Assembly: GCF_964355755.1 (NCBI RefSeq)
Contig: NC_092675.1
Span: 19,378,912 to 19,442,911 of the forward strand
Origin: Antedon mediterranea
Lineage: Eukaryota; Animalia; Echinodermata
Length of the DNA stretch: 64,000 nucleotides
Direction: 5' to 3'
The position numbers and the translations under genes were made by a program. The notes beneath the pieces are model-generated. The model had not been told where the DNA came from. It worked only from the letters and a program-made list of their open reading frames with translations, and searched no databases. Shown in pieces: positions 28,367-41,955 of this stretch (positions are counted from its first letter, which is position 1; each line of letters opens with the position of its first letter).

Positions 28367-31300
28367 ATGTCGGATGTTCCTAATCCTCCAGAAGGTACGA
28401 ATGTTATTTTGATAATTATTTAATAAAAATAGCATGTGTTTACCATACTACAACAAAAAGGCTAGCCTAGGCCTCCTACCCGGCCGGGTAGCCAGATACT
28501 AGATAGAGGACCGAGTAGGCCTCTAGATAGATACTGTAGGCTAGGCTATGCATCATCTGCCACTTACATACAGTCTGTATACTGTAATGTTCAAGCCTGC
28601 TACTAGGAGGCCTAGCTTGGGATGGAACTTGGGTGTTATTTTTAAATTTCATAAAATAAGTAGTAAACAAAACAAGAAATTAATGAACAGACAGATGAGA
28701 CAAATGAAATTGTAATTGAAAATTGTACAGTTTTAACTTTATGTTAGTACACTGTAGTAGTAGGCCTACTGTAGTAGCTAGGCCTAGCCCTACGTCTGTA
28801 GTTGCTTTAGTAGTATGCTGCTGTTGCAAAGAAAGGTGTGTAAATAAAAATATAATAATAGTTAATACTGTACTGTTTTTCTTTTCTTGTGATATATTTT
28901 TTCAAAAAAACATTTTTAAAGTAAAGTGGAAGAAAAAACAGCTTAATTTTTGGTCTACTAAAATTTTGTTACTAACAATGTTACAACTACTACTAATGAT
29001 TGATAGTAACAACAGATATAATTTTTAATTTTCCATTTTTTCCCTAAAGATCCTGAATTAAGAAAAATAATTGATAAGCTGGCCAATTTTGTGGCCAGAA
29101 ATGGACCGGAGTTTGAAAATATGACCAAGCAAAAACAAGCAAATAACCCCAGATTTAATTTCCTATTTGGTGGTGATTATTTTAACTATTATCAATATAA
29201 AGTGTCTACTGAATCACAGAGTAAGTTTTTTTTTCAAGATTCTTTTAATTAAAGGTTATTGTATGATTATTATAACTAAAGTCAAGATTAAGTTGCCCAT
29301 TTATTATTTGTCTGATCCATGTAAATCAAACGTCTACTATTCATGTATTCTCGTCCAGTGGTCCTTTGTTGATGGAAGTGACCATCAGCATAGTCAATGG
29401 TGCATGTAAAGTTTTCCTAAACATTTTAATGTTTCATGCATGGTACCGTGGACTTGTGCCACAGTGATATTGGCACATGGTCAACCATACCATTAGAAAA
29501 TACTTATTTAACTTGTAATGATAGAAGAAAAACTTAAATTTACACACACGGTTGACTGTGCTGATAGCCTCATAATTGTATTTAACTACTGTGGAGTAGG
29601 TTTGCGTCAGGGAGTTAAGCAATTTTTGCCCTTCCATTTGAGTCCCACCCGAGAATTACCTGTGACCAATGTACAATACTAATTAGTATAAAGTACAACA
29701 TTATGTCAGAGTAGGGCAAACATCTGACCAATATTTTCTCTTCTTTTTTTTTTAGTAATAAGACAACAAAATCAAAAGCTTGCCCAGCAGCAGGCCATTC
29801 TACAAGATGTTATAACAAAACATTCCATACAAACAGCACCATGGCAACAACAGCAGCCACCACCTCCTCACCTACCACAGTTCCAGCAACCTCCAATGAT
29901 GCAACATCATCACCCTGGTACCATGCATCCACCACCAGGAATGCCACAACCTCCCCAACCACCACATCCCCAACCACCACATCCCCAGCAAGGAATGCAA
30001 CAGCCTCCACAACCACCACATCCCCAGCAAAGAATGCAACAACCACCACATCCCCAGCAAGGAATGCAACAACCACCACATCCCCCGCAAGGAATGCAAC
30101 AACCCCCGCAACCACATCCCCAGCAAGGAATGCAACAACCTCCCCAGCAAGGAATGCAACAACCTCCGCCACCACACATGCCACAGCAGATGCCCATGCC
30201 GCCAATCCAGATGCAGCAGAAACAGCAACAAATGTTACAGCAGCAGCAGGCTGAACATCAGAAATATCAACAGCAACAGGCAGAGAAACAGCAGCAATTT
30301 CAACAAATACAGCAACAAGCACAACCAAATTTGCCACAACAACAGCAGGTAGCATCAAATACTGAAACAACGCCTGTGGATCAGAATGCCCTGACAAATA
30401 ATCAAATTGAAAATAAAATCCGAGAAAGTCAAGTGAATCTGCTTGAGCAGCAGAAGCATTTGGTGAACCAACAACAGGTTAGAGTAACTTATACAGTATT
30501 CTTGATTGTAAGTAATATATTTTGTGACTGTGAAGATTGTTGTATTTATCATCTTATTTTTTTCTACATTTAACAGGAAAAAATTGATGCTGTATTAATC
30601 GAAAACAGACAACAAGTGATCAACCAAACTGCTAAAGCACTTGATATTGATGCCAATGATTTCCACAATAAGACACAGACAATTATTGATTCTTGCACGA
30701 AAGATGCAATTGCTGTAAGTATTTCTTCTTCTAACTTCAGTGCAGTGGTTGAAGGTAAATTACCAAATGACCAATTCTAAGTGGACACTTTTTATTGGGT
30801 CCTGAAGGTATCTTCTATAGGGTTTCGACTATACTGTGTATATTGATGATTAAGAAGGTAAAACAATAAAAATATCTAATATCTTTTCATTGCTGGGTTA
30901 GATTGTGGAAACAGTGAAATGTAATAAATTGATGTTGTCTTGTTTCCCTCCTGAATTGTATGTGATGAACCTCAAGTTTACTATTGTGTGGGAAAAGTAC
31001 GAAATAAATAAATATACTATTTGGTACTACAATATTATACTGTGTGGCATTTTCTAACTCAAATTTGATTTCTATCTTAGCATGGCAAGCAACTTATTTT
31101 TTCTACGTGTAAGACACAAAAACATTGTGAATTTGTTGGGTTATTTCTCCTACATCGGATAACTCCTAAGAACGTTCCATTTCAAGCAAAACTACACTTA
31201 ATATATTTAATTAATGATGTCATCCATCACTGGTAAGTCTGTTCACTTACTACTTAAGTAGTTTTTTAAATTGATTTAAAGATTTTCATTTATTAGTAAT

Positions 31301-34300
31301 ACATTACATCCTTACCCAGATTAACTAACTTTCCTTCGATATTTCTACATATTAGAATATTAGATTATAAGAACGTTCCAATAAAAATTTGTCTTATTTA
31401 AAAAAATCTTGTGGAAAATGCTGTGCATAGGGTTACTGTTTGAAATTTCGTAAAGCCTTGTCTACAGTACACTCAAAATTTATATGATGTGCCCATATAT
31501 GGACATGATGATGTCATATCGCTACCATATTTGGGAATATCACTACCATATTTGGGCACATCACACTTTTTTTGTCAAACTAGTTTGATAGTATAGACAG
31601 AGCTTAAGATGGTTTTCGTAGCATGAAAATTGTGTAGGTAAACATGGCGCCAGTGAATTAATAATTGTTCATTAAATGTTTAGCTCAAGGCGTGGTGCAT
31701 CAGACTTGCAGACAGCCATCCAGGGCGTGGTTGTACCAATATTTTGCAGTGCTCTTTTATGTATTGATCAAATGGATGATGAAAAACGAGATAGGGTTGA
31801 AAAGGTATTGTCAAAATTGTTATTAACCACCAATATAATATAAAATGATTAGCCTAAAATTGTAATAAGATATCTATTTACTATCTATTTGAAATAATTT
31901 GGTTTATTATTATCTGTATAATTAATTAAATTTAGTAGAATCTTGTGATAATTTTTTATTTATTTATTTTTTTATTATTTATTCGACTTCTCACTAACTC
32001 AGTTAGTGAAGGATCTGGACCAACAGGTGGTAATCACCTCTAAAACGGTCCGGTCCCAATTTGCACAGTGGCTGTGTGTGACAGTGGCTGTGTTTGTGTG
32101 GACTAGTACACCGGAGTAACCCCCTACTCGTCTCGAAAGATGTACTAGGTTCTTTAAAGTGCGCATGAGCTATGTGTACACTGGACCTACGGTTTATAGT
32201 CCTTATCCGAGAAGACTCGTTCTACCACCAGAACCATGGAGCGAGTGAGCCTCGAACCTTTGCCGATGTTATGGCTACGTAATTACGGTTCCACTGTCTT
32301 AACCGCTCGGCCACTCACTCGCCTTATATGGTCATATGAAATTAATGTTTATGAGTTGAATGTAGAGAATATTGGACTGTCTATTTCACTTCATTGAATA
32401 TAACAGTCACTCTTTTAAATTACTATGTACATACTATCCTGCAGTATTATTGAATTTTTGTACTAGTTTGAAATAACAATGATCAAATAATTGTTTTTCT
32501 TTGTTTCAGGTTCTTAAGTTGTGGGAAACTAACAGTTATTTTAACAATGATACCATTGAACAACTTAAAAACCCTATAGTCTCAATGAACAATTTCCAGG
32601 TAAGTTCTTTGTAAAATGTATTGTGCAATATTTATGGTGTGTTTTGTGGTACTACTGTAAAAGGAATGTCATTTTCTGTTTAATTAAACGAAGTGTTTAA
32701 TGCAAGAACAGAAGTGTCCATCAAAAATGTTGTTTTTTTACACACAGTAATTACAACCCATAGCATTGATAATTCTAGTTTCTCTAATTGCCCCAAAATA
32801 TCATAATGACTTTATTAGATTGTCTTGCTTGATGTGAGATTAAAGTATGGGTAATCTTTATACAGCCAATCAAATGGCGGCAAAAACATGACATACTAAA
32901 TGTATTGACTTCAGACTTAATTATCCATATGGAACTAAACAGTCATGCTTGTCACATTATGTGTTTATGTAGTTGACTCATGGAGGAATCCAAGGTTGAC
33001 TGTATGAGTTGTTGAGGAGATTGGTACATTACTCTGGTTTTTTTTAAAGCTTAATTATAAAAGATTTCTTGCTTTTTACTAGGCAAAAATGATGCAGGAG
33101 AACCAGGCGTCTGTACAGCAGATACAGCAACAGATTGAGGCTAGAATTCAGCAGTTACAGAAGCAACATTCAGACTTTGTCTCTCACTTGAAGCAACAGC
33201 TTGAGATCAATAAACAACAACAGCAACATAATATGCAAGCAAAACAGTTACAAATAGCACAAGGTACAGTATGTGGACTATTTATAATACAAGGGTTTTT
33301 TTAACAGTGAACCCCTTTGGACACCCCCATTCAGGGGAAACTCCTATTAGGGCACTTTCCTACAAAATGAACGAGATGAAATGTATTTTAACTGTATAGA
33401 ACACCTCTATTCAGGGTACACCTCTATTTGGGCGAAACTTTGTTGGGTCCAATTTAATAAGAGTTCTCCTGTATTCTACCTAGTCAGTGTTATTTGAATT
33501 TGAGTCATCTATTTCTTTCTTTAAATGTGATAGCAATGTAATCACAAGTGGATCACTTGTGATTAAAATAAAAAATAAATAAAAAATACAGTGTTCAAAT
33601 TGTCAACATTTTTAATGTGTAACTGTAGTCATTTAATATGTCATTATCAAGCATAGCTAAATGACATTTTCTTTATTTCTGGAAAAATATTGTACTACCT
33701 CTACAGTAACAGTACAAACAAATAAACTAATATTAAAGAAAAAAAACAATATTTTCAATTACATTACAGAAGGAAACACTAACACATCCACCCTGTATCT
33801 TTCAACTAGTGTTTGTGTACATTTAAACGCAAATCCATCTATAGGCCAAGATGATGACGATGCCTAATCAGACAATACTATCAAATTTTAATTTGACAGT
33901 AATTTAATTCATTCCTTTGTTTTTATTAGCTATTGGTATTAACCTACCTAGTACAACTATGCCAGGTAGCAATGCAGGCTCAACACACCCTACAACTGCT
34001 GGTCAAGATAATCAAAAAGGTAAACTTTACAGTTAACACTCACTGAAATGCATGTACCACCATGTTTAGGGAATATTTTCTCGCTAGACGTAACCATGAT
34101 GATGTTTTATCCTATAGCTTTTGTGACAACTGTAATATCATTATATATGTCTGCACCTATGTATACAATATAAAATTCATCATTTTTTAATGGATTACAA
34201 AACATTATTGTTTGAGAAACATTTAAGAAACACTTAAACTCACTTACTCACTTTTATTGCTATGATTTAGTTGTTTTTGTGATTAGTAAAGTAGGTTTGT

Positions 34301-37300
34301 CCCGAGAAGAAGATTTTAGGCTGCGAAAATAAAAAGTTTGCAGAATGCTGATTTATAATACAGTATTTTCAATTTATTACAGTGGTTGATATACAAAACA
34401 AAATATCTTTATTTATTCCTCATTATTCCTAATAATGTGTTTATTACATGGTTAAAGTATAAAAAATATTACAATCACAACATATATTTTATTTATTAGG
34501 ACCAAATTTGCCAAACTTTGATCCATCAGTACCTCCACCTGGCTTCCCTGTGGCACAGTTTCCACCCAATCAAGGTAAGATTAGCACTATATTCTAATTC
34601 CATGCAGTTTTTTCAATTTCTCTTCAGAAATAAGTTAAGGTTTAATACAGTATATTATCTTGACCTATGAATATAACTTCTTATTATGCTAAACCTTAAG
34701 ATTATGTAATATATGTAAAACATTTAATATTATAAAACTAATGAATATTTATCAGTGCGATAGTAAAAATAATTTTATGAGGTGAAAGATGAAATTCTAT
34801 GTTGATACCAAATAAAATTTACACACCAGATTCCTGGTGATGACATTGTATCTTTCATGATGGCATGTATTTCATTTTTAAGAATTCAGTATAAAAAATA
34901 AAGTATTGTAATAAGGCTATATACAGAGGTTTGAAAAATTTTACTTCTAGGTCCTCCACCCAGTCACCCTCCACCCAGTCATCCTCCACCCAGTCATCCT
35001 CCACCCAGTCATCCTCCACCCCCATTCAATCCCCATGTACCTCCTCCAAACTTCAGTGTACCACCACCAGGCTATACTCCTGATATGGCTGGCCAGGCTA
35101 TGATTCAACCTCCAAGTATGCCTACTAATGATGCAAGTTTAATGCCAACTGCACCATACTATGATCTGCCAGCTGGATTAATGGCACCGCTTGTCAGGGT
35201 AGGTTTATTATTTTTGTTTTTAGAGAAATAGTGTGGGTTTTGTAATTACACCAAATAAATACTATGTTGCATAAGCTATTTGATTTTTGCAAATTACTAT
35301 ACCCACAGTGTAATAAGTCAATTCCTAATCCATTAAGGATCTTTAATACATGAAAAAGTTTCCTCTAGCTGGATGTGATACTGTAACCTCTAAAGGTCAA
35401 GAAGATCTTGATCTACAACTCATTAAAATATTATATATACACACTTAATAAGTCAATAATAATTATCTTTAGTTATTGAGGAAGACAAGTTTTTAAGTAG
35501 CTTTTTATTACAAGTACCTCTGCTCTTTCGCGCTATGTGGAGAATTTGATGATACTTGGACGTGGTTTAGTTTAGTACGCGATTTGTTCTGTTCAACTTT
35601 CGCCCAAGGCGGTGTGTGCGGTCCTAACCGATCAGTTCAATGTCGTCGCAAATACGAGATGATATGATATCTAGGGCTATCTTATCAATGTTTCACGATT
35701 TTCTGTCTCGGGTATGACGTGTATTAGTAGGCAATTAGGTCTACTATATTGCTCAATGGCATCGACTTTTTCAAGTAAGCTGTTATGCTCTATCGTCAGC
35801 CTATTGTTTTTTTCTTGTAGTGATGTAATGTCACTGGCTATTGTCTCGTTGTCAAGGGAAACGCTGCTGTAAATATTTTGACTGACCTGGTCAAGTATGG
35901 CGTCACCTATTGATTTTATTACACATTCGTTTCCACATATGGATGCTATAATTTTATCCATAAGATTAGAAGATAGGATATGCCTACTTATGGTCGTAGC
36001 TACAATACTTACGAGTTCCTTATCGTCTGAAAGGAGGAGCTCAATATCTCGCATTGTTGATGTGTTCGTTGTCCGTAGGCCTTGTTTGTGTTGTTCCGAG
36101 GCGCCTGTCGTTATTTGTATACCGGTTGGCTCAGCGGGCTGTTTGACATCCATCGTTGATCACGCCTGGGTTGCCAGTAGGCTCCTACATAATTTCGGTT
36201 GATTTCCCGATCGATCGTTTAGATTTAGTACTCGGTCTAGTTGACGTCATGTTTTAAAAATATTAATGTATAATACTTGTTGTAAAGTTGGATGCCGTAA
36301 TGTGTGATTATAGAGCAATTCAAGGAAATTTTGTGTGCGATTACAACATTCGCTGTTTAGCTAAAAATTATATATATATATATAAAATTATACATAATAA
36401 TAAAAAAATACAAAATTGTATATACATAATTGTTTTTATTTAGTTTACATTAGTAAGGATATTCTTCTTATATTGCAGCTTGAAGACACAAACTATGAAC
36501 CATTGGATCCAGACCAGATACGTCTGCCACCTCCCCAACCTCCATCAGAGAGACTACTGGCAGCAGTTGAGATGTTTTATGCTCCACCTTCAAGGGAGTG
36601 TCCAAGAAACATGTAAATATGTTTTTTTAAATACACATATTTTGATTTTGAATTAAAATCTATATACTACAGTATAAGAGGAAGAAATGTTGTATAGTAT
36701 TATACAAATATTGGCTATTGCACACATCTACAATTGTGTACAAGCCACTACTCATAAGGGAGTATTTGTTTTCAATTGGAGTCATCATCATTATGTCATT
36801 CTTTACTGTATAGTGATGGTTGGGAAGCAAATGGTCTGTTTGAGTTTTTCAAAGCAAAACAGAAACATGGGAAAGTAAAGAAAGAAGAACCAGAACCACA
36901 GCCAGCACCTTCACCAGCACCACCAACACCAGAAGTAACACACAAAAGATTCCGTTCTAAGTCACCTTCACCACGAAGAAGGTCACTATCACCCCCCAGA
37001 CGAAGGTAAGTCAATTTATTTACTAATTTATTGCTTTATTTTGTGAGAATTTTAATTCTGTTGAGTATGAGTTGCTGGTTTATTATCTGACTTGATTACT
37101 TTTGATCCATAGAACAACCTATCAACTATTTCAGAAAACAACTTCCTTATCTATATTTACATAATGAATAAACAGAAAGCAATATAGAGAACACATTAAG
37201 ATAATGATTTTACCCATCTAGCATACATGCTAATTTGGGAAATTTTAAAGAAAAGTATGTACTGTACTGTTACAATTCACAGGTTAATTTTGAAAAATCG

Positions 37301-39101
37301 CAACTCTCAACCTTATAATACAAATTAGCAATATACACACAAAAAAATTAGTGTGAATATTAAATTCTTGTTTAAAAAAAAAGTTTAAAAACTAATTATA
37401 TATAACTTTAAGTACTGTGTAATAATAATAACAATATATGTTTACTTAAAACTATTATTCTAGGTCAAGGTCGCAAACACCTCCCAGACGTAGAGCTACT
37501 TCACGTTCACCATCACCGCCATACCAGCGGCGGTCCATATCGCCTCCCTACAAACGACGCTCTGCATCTCCTCCTTACAAAAGGGCTTCTGCATCTCCTC
37601 CTTACAAAAGGGCTTCTGCATCGCCTCCTTATCAAAAACGTTCAGTATCTAGATCCCCACCCCCGTCTCATAGAAGGAAAGCACGTTCAAGATCACGTTC
37701 ACCAGTATACAGACGGCGTTCACAATCACCACAATATCAACGTGCAGTTAGGTCAAGGTCAAGAACACCACCACCAAGGAGGAGAAGATCTCGATCTCCC
37801 ACGCCCGAAAATGTTGGATTGTAAGTATTTTTGTACTAGATTAAAGATGAGTAAAATGTTTACTGATGTGTCCTCTAAATTAAATATTTCCCTTAGTATA
37901 TCTAAGTATGTAATACGTAAAGGAACCCATAGAAAAAACTCCTACAATTTGTCTCCAAAATAAAGTTATTCATTATTCGTAGACAGTAATGTGGATTATT
38001 GTTTTTTCTTTTCAGCCATTCTTTCTATGAAACTGCGAGTGCGGACTCAATGTTAGGAAATGAAAATAAAGGACATCAACTACTAAAGAAAATGGGTTAG
38101 GCCAACAACTAATTGTAACCTACTCACATACACATACTTTAGAAATATAGTTTTAACTTTAATTTAAAGAGGAATATACGATGTAACCTTATTTAGGCAA
38201 CTTAAGCAAAATATATATGTTTTTATAAAAAGTTAATTAAATTTGTACTTTTAATAAGTTGGGTTTTTCCTTCACAATTTCCATAAACACTTTTATTAGT
38301 ATTTTAAACATTTTTCTTTGATATTAGGTTGGGGTGGACAAGGTCTTGGTGCCAGAGAGCAGGGAATAGTTGACCCCATTTCTGGTGGAGAGGTTCGAGG
38401 CAAGATGGATATGTATAAAGGTGTCGGAAATGCGGTTAATGATCCATTCGAAAGTTTTAGGAAAAATAAAAGTCATTCATTTATCAGTCGTATGAAGGCA
38501 AGGGATGAAGAAAAGAAAGGTTAGTTTAAGTTATACTTACACATTTTAGTATTTAATTTATTGAACTTTCGTCATGAGCTAGTTAGGCATATTTACCATC
38601 ACTTCCACTGCATGAGCTAGGCTAGTTAGGCATATTTACCATCACTTCCACTGCATGAGCTAGGCTAGTTAGGCATATTTACCATCACTTCCACTGCATG
38701 AGCTAGGCTAGTTAGGCATATTTACCATCACTTCCACTGCATGAGCTAGGCTAGTTAGGCATATTTACCATCACTTCCACTGCATGAGCTAGGCTAGTTA
38801 GGCATATTTACCATCACTTCCACTGCATGAGCTAGGCTAGTTAGGCATATTTACCATCACTTCCACTGCATGAGCTAGGCTAGTTAGGCATATTTACCAT
38901 CACTTCCACTGCATGAGCTAGGCTAGTTAGGCATATTTACCATCACTTCCACTGCATGGAGGAGGTTTGTTCGAACCCTCGTTAATAGCAATGTATGATT
39001 TTACAATAAGTGCTTGTTTAATTTTATAATAAATAAAAAATCAACTTTCTACTGTTTGTATTTTAGCAACAAAGCGTGAAATTGCAGAATCAACCAAATG
39101 A
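28367..39101 (+). CDS. CHERP: Calcium homeostasis ER protein (U2-associated; SURP, CID, RS, G-patch), multi-exon
   Basis: MSDVPNPPE/DPELRKIIDKLANFVARNGPEFE..FLFGGDYFNYY (SURP), Q/P-rich exon, IIDSCTKDAI..KLHLIYLINDVIHH (CID), PYYDLPAGLMAPLV, PPSERLLAAVEMFY, DGWEANGLFEFFKAK, RS region and NKGHQLLKKMGWGGQGLG (G-patch). The probable final exon is 39067-39101 (phase-1 splice from 38519); if unspliced, the stop is at 38524. Confidence 0.95.
31454..31604. mobile_element. PIF/Harbinger-type MITE family B in CHERP intron
   Basis: TAA flanks on both sides. Right TIR AGTTTGATAGTATAGACAGAGCT; the left TIR is interrupted by CAGTA. Confidence 0.85.
31953..32323 (-). mobile_element. tRNA-derived SINE with Deu/Nin-like central domain
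   Basis: Minus strand shows A box TGGCCGAGCGG and B box GGTTCGAGGC, then CGGATAAGGACTATAAACCGTAGGTCC..TTAAAGAACC..GAGTAGGGGGTTACTCCGGTGT (resembles the Deu domain as I recall it) and an (AAAT)n tail at 31953-31983. Confidence 0.8.
33305..33471. mobile_element. Degenerate pogo/Tigger-like MITE
   Basis: Begins CAGTGAACCCC, ends GAGTTCTCCTG followed by TA, with internal ACACCTCTATT repeats. A related remnant may lie at ~30740-30835. Confidence 0.45.
35480..36250 (-). pseudogene. Disrupted LINE ORF1 (CR1/L2 group: coiled coil + RRM) in CHERP intron
   Basis: Coiled coil then EQYSRPNCLLIHVIPE. Downstream in other frames are DRTHRLG and KPRPSIIKF. It has an early stop and frameshifts, and no ORF2 follows. 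Confidence 0.8.
38573..38958. repeat. 43-bp minisatellite, 9 copies, in last CHERP intron
   Basis: CATGAGCTAGGCTAGTTAGGCATATTTACCATCACTTCCACTG repeats exactly from 38611; the first copy (38573) lacks GGCTA. Confidence 0.95.
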
Positions 39102-40082
39102 AACTGGACAGAGAACAGGCTTTGTTAATGTTAAACATCTTTATTTTCTGAAACAGTGACTTCGGTGGTGATCTGTGATAGCACATAGTGTATTTTATAA
39201 TGTACAAAACAGTGAGACAAATTGATACCACAAACCAATGTCACAACATTCTAGTTTCAGTAAAACCAAGATTGTACAAATAACATACAAATATGTATGT
39301 ATATTTTGGATGTATATGTGAAAGCTGATTTCTCTTCTCAGTACTGTTATATTTTTATTTGTAAAGTGAATTCGAATTCTAGAATTTTTGAAAATGGAGT
39401 TGGAAATGCAGTCTTGTAAGTCTAACAGTACCGCATTTATTAAATAAAACACAATTGATTTTTCACATTTTTAATTGAAATTTTCATTTGAAAAATAAAA
39501 CCCAATCTATGATATTTTTTGTTTAGTTTATTAAGAACACAACAGAAGGTGGTTCATTGTTGTTGTTGACGTCTGGGGCGCTTATGTCTTTCACTGCATC
39601 TATTTAAATAGATACCGCAAAGCAGTGACATTTTAGTCTTTTTTAGTTAAAAAACAAATCCTTACTATTCAGTAATTAATATTTACTATAAATTACATTG
39701 ATTTGTAGAAAAATGTGGAACTTGTGTTCATTTGTGTCTGTATGTAAAATTATGCACAAGATTTCTTTTATTCTAAATCCGGCTTATGTAAAAAAAAAAC
39801 AATTTTAATCTTCAATACCTCACTCAAGCAAATGATTGATATAATGTATGTTATTTATTTATTTATCTATATATATTTGACCAAAAAAAAAGATATTCAC
39901 AACACATTATACACAAATCTCATCAGAGTCAAAGGGACAAAGATCAGATTCAAATAGAATCGTCATTCTTCTATAAGAGCAGCAATAGAAAATTCTCCAT
40001 TTCCACTTAACAAGAAATTATTAAATAATGTCTTCGTATTCGTCTTTCTGGTTCGTCATCGTTCATATATCCCTTTTCGTAA

Positions 40083-40724
40083 AGCTTGTTTCCCACTAGC
40101 GACGCAACGTAAGAAAATGCCCTTCCAATAATTGTGTTAGTTGCACCCCGCCTGCGTGAAATCAAACCTACGATGTTTGCAGCACTATTCCGTCGTCGGA
40201 TCCCACTTGTGATTACGCAATACGTCGTTGCGTTACGTTGCATCTCTAGTGGGAACCACGCTTTAAACACATTACAATCATTCCAATAACTAAAGCAGGT
40301 AGTATCATGTCTAAAGCGTGGTTCCCACTAGACGCAGCGACGTGTCGACGCAAAGTGCTGTATTGCGTAATCACAAGTGGGAACCGACGACGGAATAGTG
40401 CTGCAAACATCACGCAGACAATTTGATTTCACGCAGACAATTATTAAGCTTGGTTCCCACTAGAACGTAACGCAAGGACGTAAACGCAACGCAAGCGTTT
40501 TAACCAATGACAAGCGAAGTTATAGACAGCAATCACAAGCGAATAAGCCATCGGTTGTGATTGGTCAATTCACTTGCGTTGCGTTACGTCCTTGTGTTGC
40601 GTCGCTAGTGGGAACCACGCTTAACGCAGCGACGTATCGACGCAAAGTGCTGCATTGTGTAATCACAAGTGGGAACCGACGATGCAACAGTGCTGCAAAC
40701 ATCGTAGGTTTGATTTCATGCAGA
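40083..40724. mobile_element. Cluster of family-A MITEs and relatives (40083-40262, 40315-40445 partial, 40447-40621, 40622-40724 partial)
   Basis: Shared TIR AGCKTGGTTCCCACTAG / CTAGTGGGAACCAMGCT, with two internal sequence types. Flanks are T/A triplets but not always identical, so the Harbinger assignment is tentative. Confidence 0.8.
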
Positions 40725-40725
40725 C

Positions 40726-41955
40726 TTTGACCTTAATCCACTGCTTTTAAACAGGTTGTTAACTTTTCCACTCGTGGTAGGTCTTGTCTAGATAAAGTTG
40801 TTCTTAGTAGGCCTACGCCTGATGTTTATCAGACTCCAGTTAAACTCGCACCCTTAGCATGTAGCGATCATTCAAGTATTCTCTTGAAACCTAAGGTTAA
40901 TAAAGTTAAGAATCGGGTTAAACCAAAAAAAAAATTACTTCGTCCGATTAAAGATTCTTCCGTACGTGTGTTTGGTCAAATTATTACTCAGTTAAATTGG
41001 AGTAATGCTATTTCAAATTCTGATCCTGAAAAGGCTGCTGTCGAGTTGGGTGATATTTTGCAGACAAATTTTAGAAATTGCTTTCCTATCGTGGTATCAC
41101 ATTTAAAAGAGGATGACAAGCCATGGTTTAATGTTGGTATAAAGAAATTGATTCGCAAACGACATAATGCTTATAGACTAGGAAAAGACGCAGAATTCCG
41201 CTTCTATAGAAATGAGGTTCGCAATAAAATCAGATCGGCCAAGGCCGAATTTTATTCAAAATCAATCGCTGCCTTAAGAAATAATGAGCCACGCAAATGG
41301 CACAAAAAGATCCAAACAATTACTGGAAAAGCAAAGCCTAAATTTAACACAATCGTATTAAACTGTGATTTACCAGTACATGATGTTGTAAGAGACCTGA
41401 ATATTCATTTTTCCAGAATATGCTCTCAACTTCCTGCTCTAGACTTGGAGAATTTACCAGCATTTCTCCCATCTCTGAGTCCACCAGTTATCTATCCTGG
41501 TGAGGTATACAGACGTCTGTTGAAGATTAAGGTTAATAAGTCTAGTCATCCCGATGACATTCCTTCTCGGTTAATTAGGGATTTCGCCGTTGAGTTAGCG
41601 CCTCCTTTGACAGAGATATTTAATCTCTGTCTTAAGTCGCATGTTTTTCCTAGTGTGTGGAAACGTGCAGCTATTACGCCTATTCCTAAGTCCTCTAAAG
41701 CCTGTAGCCCAGATGAATACCGACCAATATCCATTACACCTTTATTTGGTCGTATTTTTGAGAGTTTTATTGCTGAGTGGATATCTAAAGATTTTCAACC
41801 CCATTTGGACCCTCAACAATTTGGAAACTCTAAAGGTTGCTCAACTACACATTACTTGGTTGACCTAATGTAACAGGATTCTGTCAGGTACGTATGCCTC
41901 GATTTGTACAGTTGATTTTAGTAAGGCATTCGACCGAATTAATCACACTACCTTA
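40726..41955 (+). mobile_element. Internal fragment of CR1/L2-group LINE ORF2 (end of APE domain to start of RT)
   Basis: TRGRSCLDKV..PLACSDHS (APE C-terminus), KPWFN, PSVWKRAAITPIPK, YRPISITP, QQFG..GCSTTHYL, stop at 41873, then DFSKAFDRINH. Truncated on both sides. Confidence 0.9.

Noticed and set aside
29810-30397. Mucin-like (TTSPARNAT), Cys/Gly-rich and Val/Ala-rich overlapping ORFs
   Set aside because: These are shadow frames of the CHERP QQPPHPQQGM repeat; only the Q/P frame splices in phase with the SURP and CID exons.
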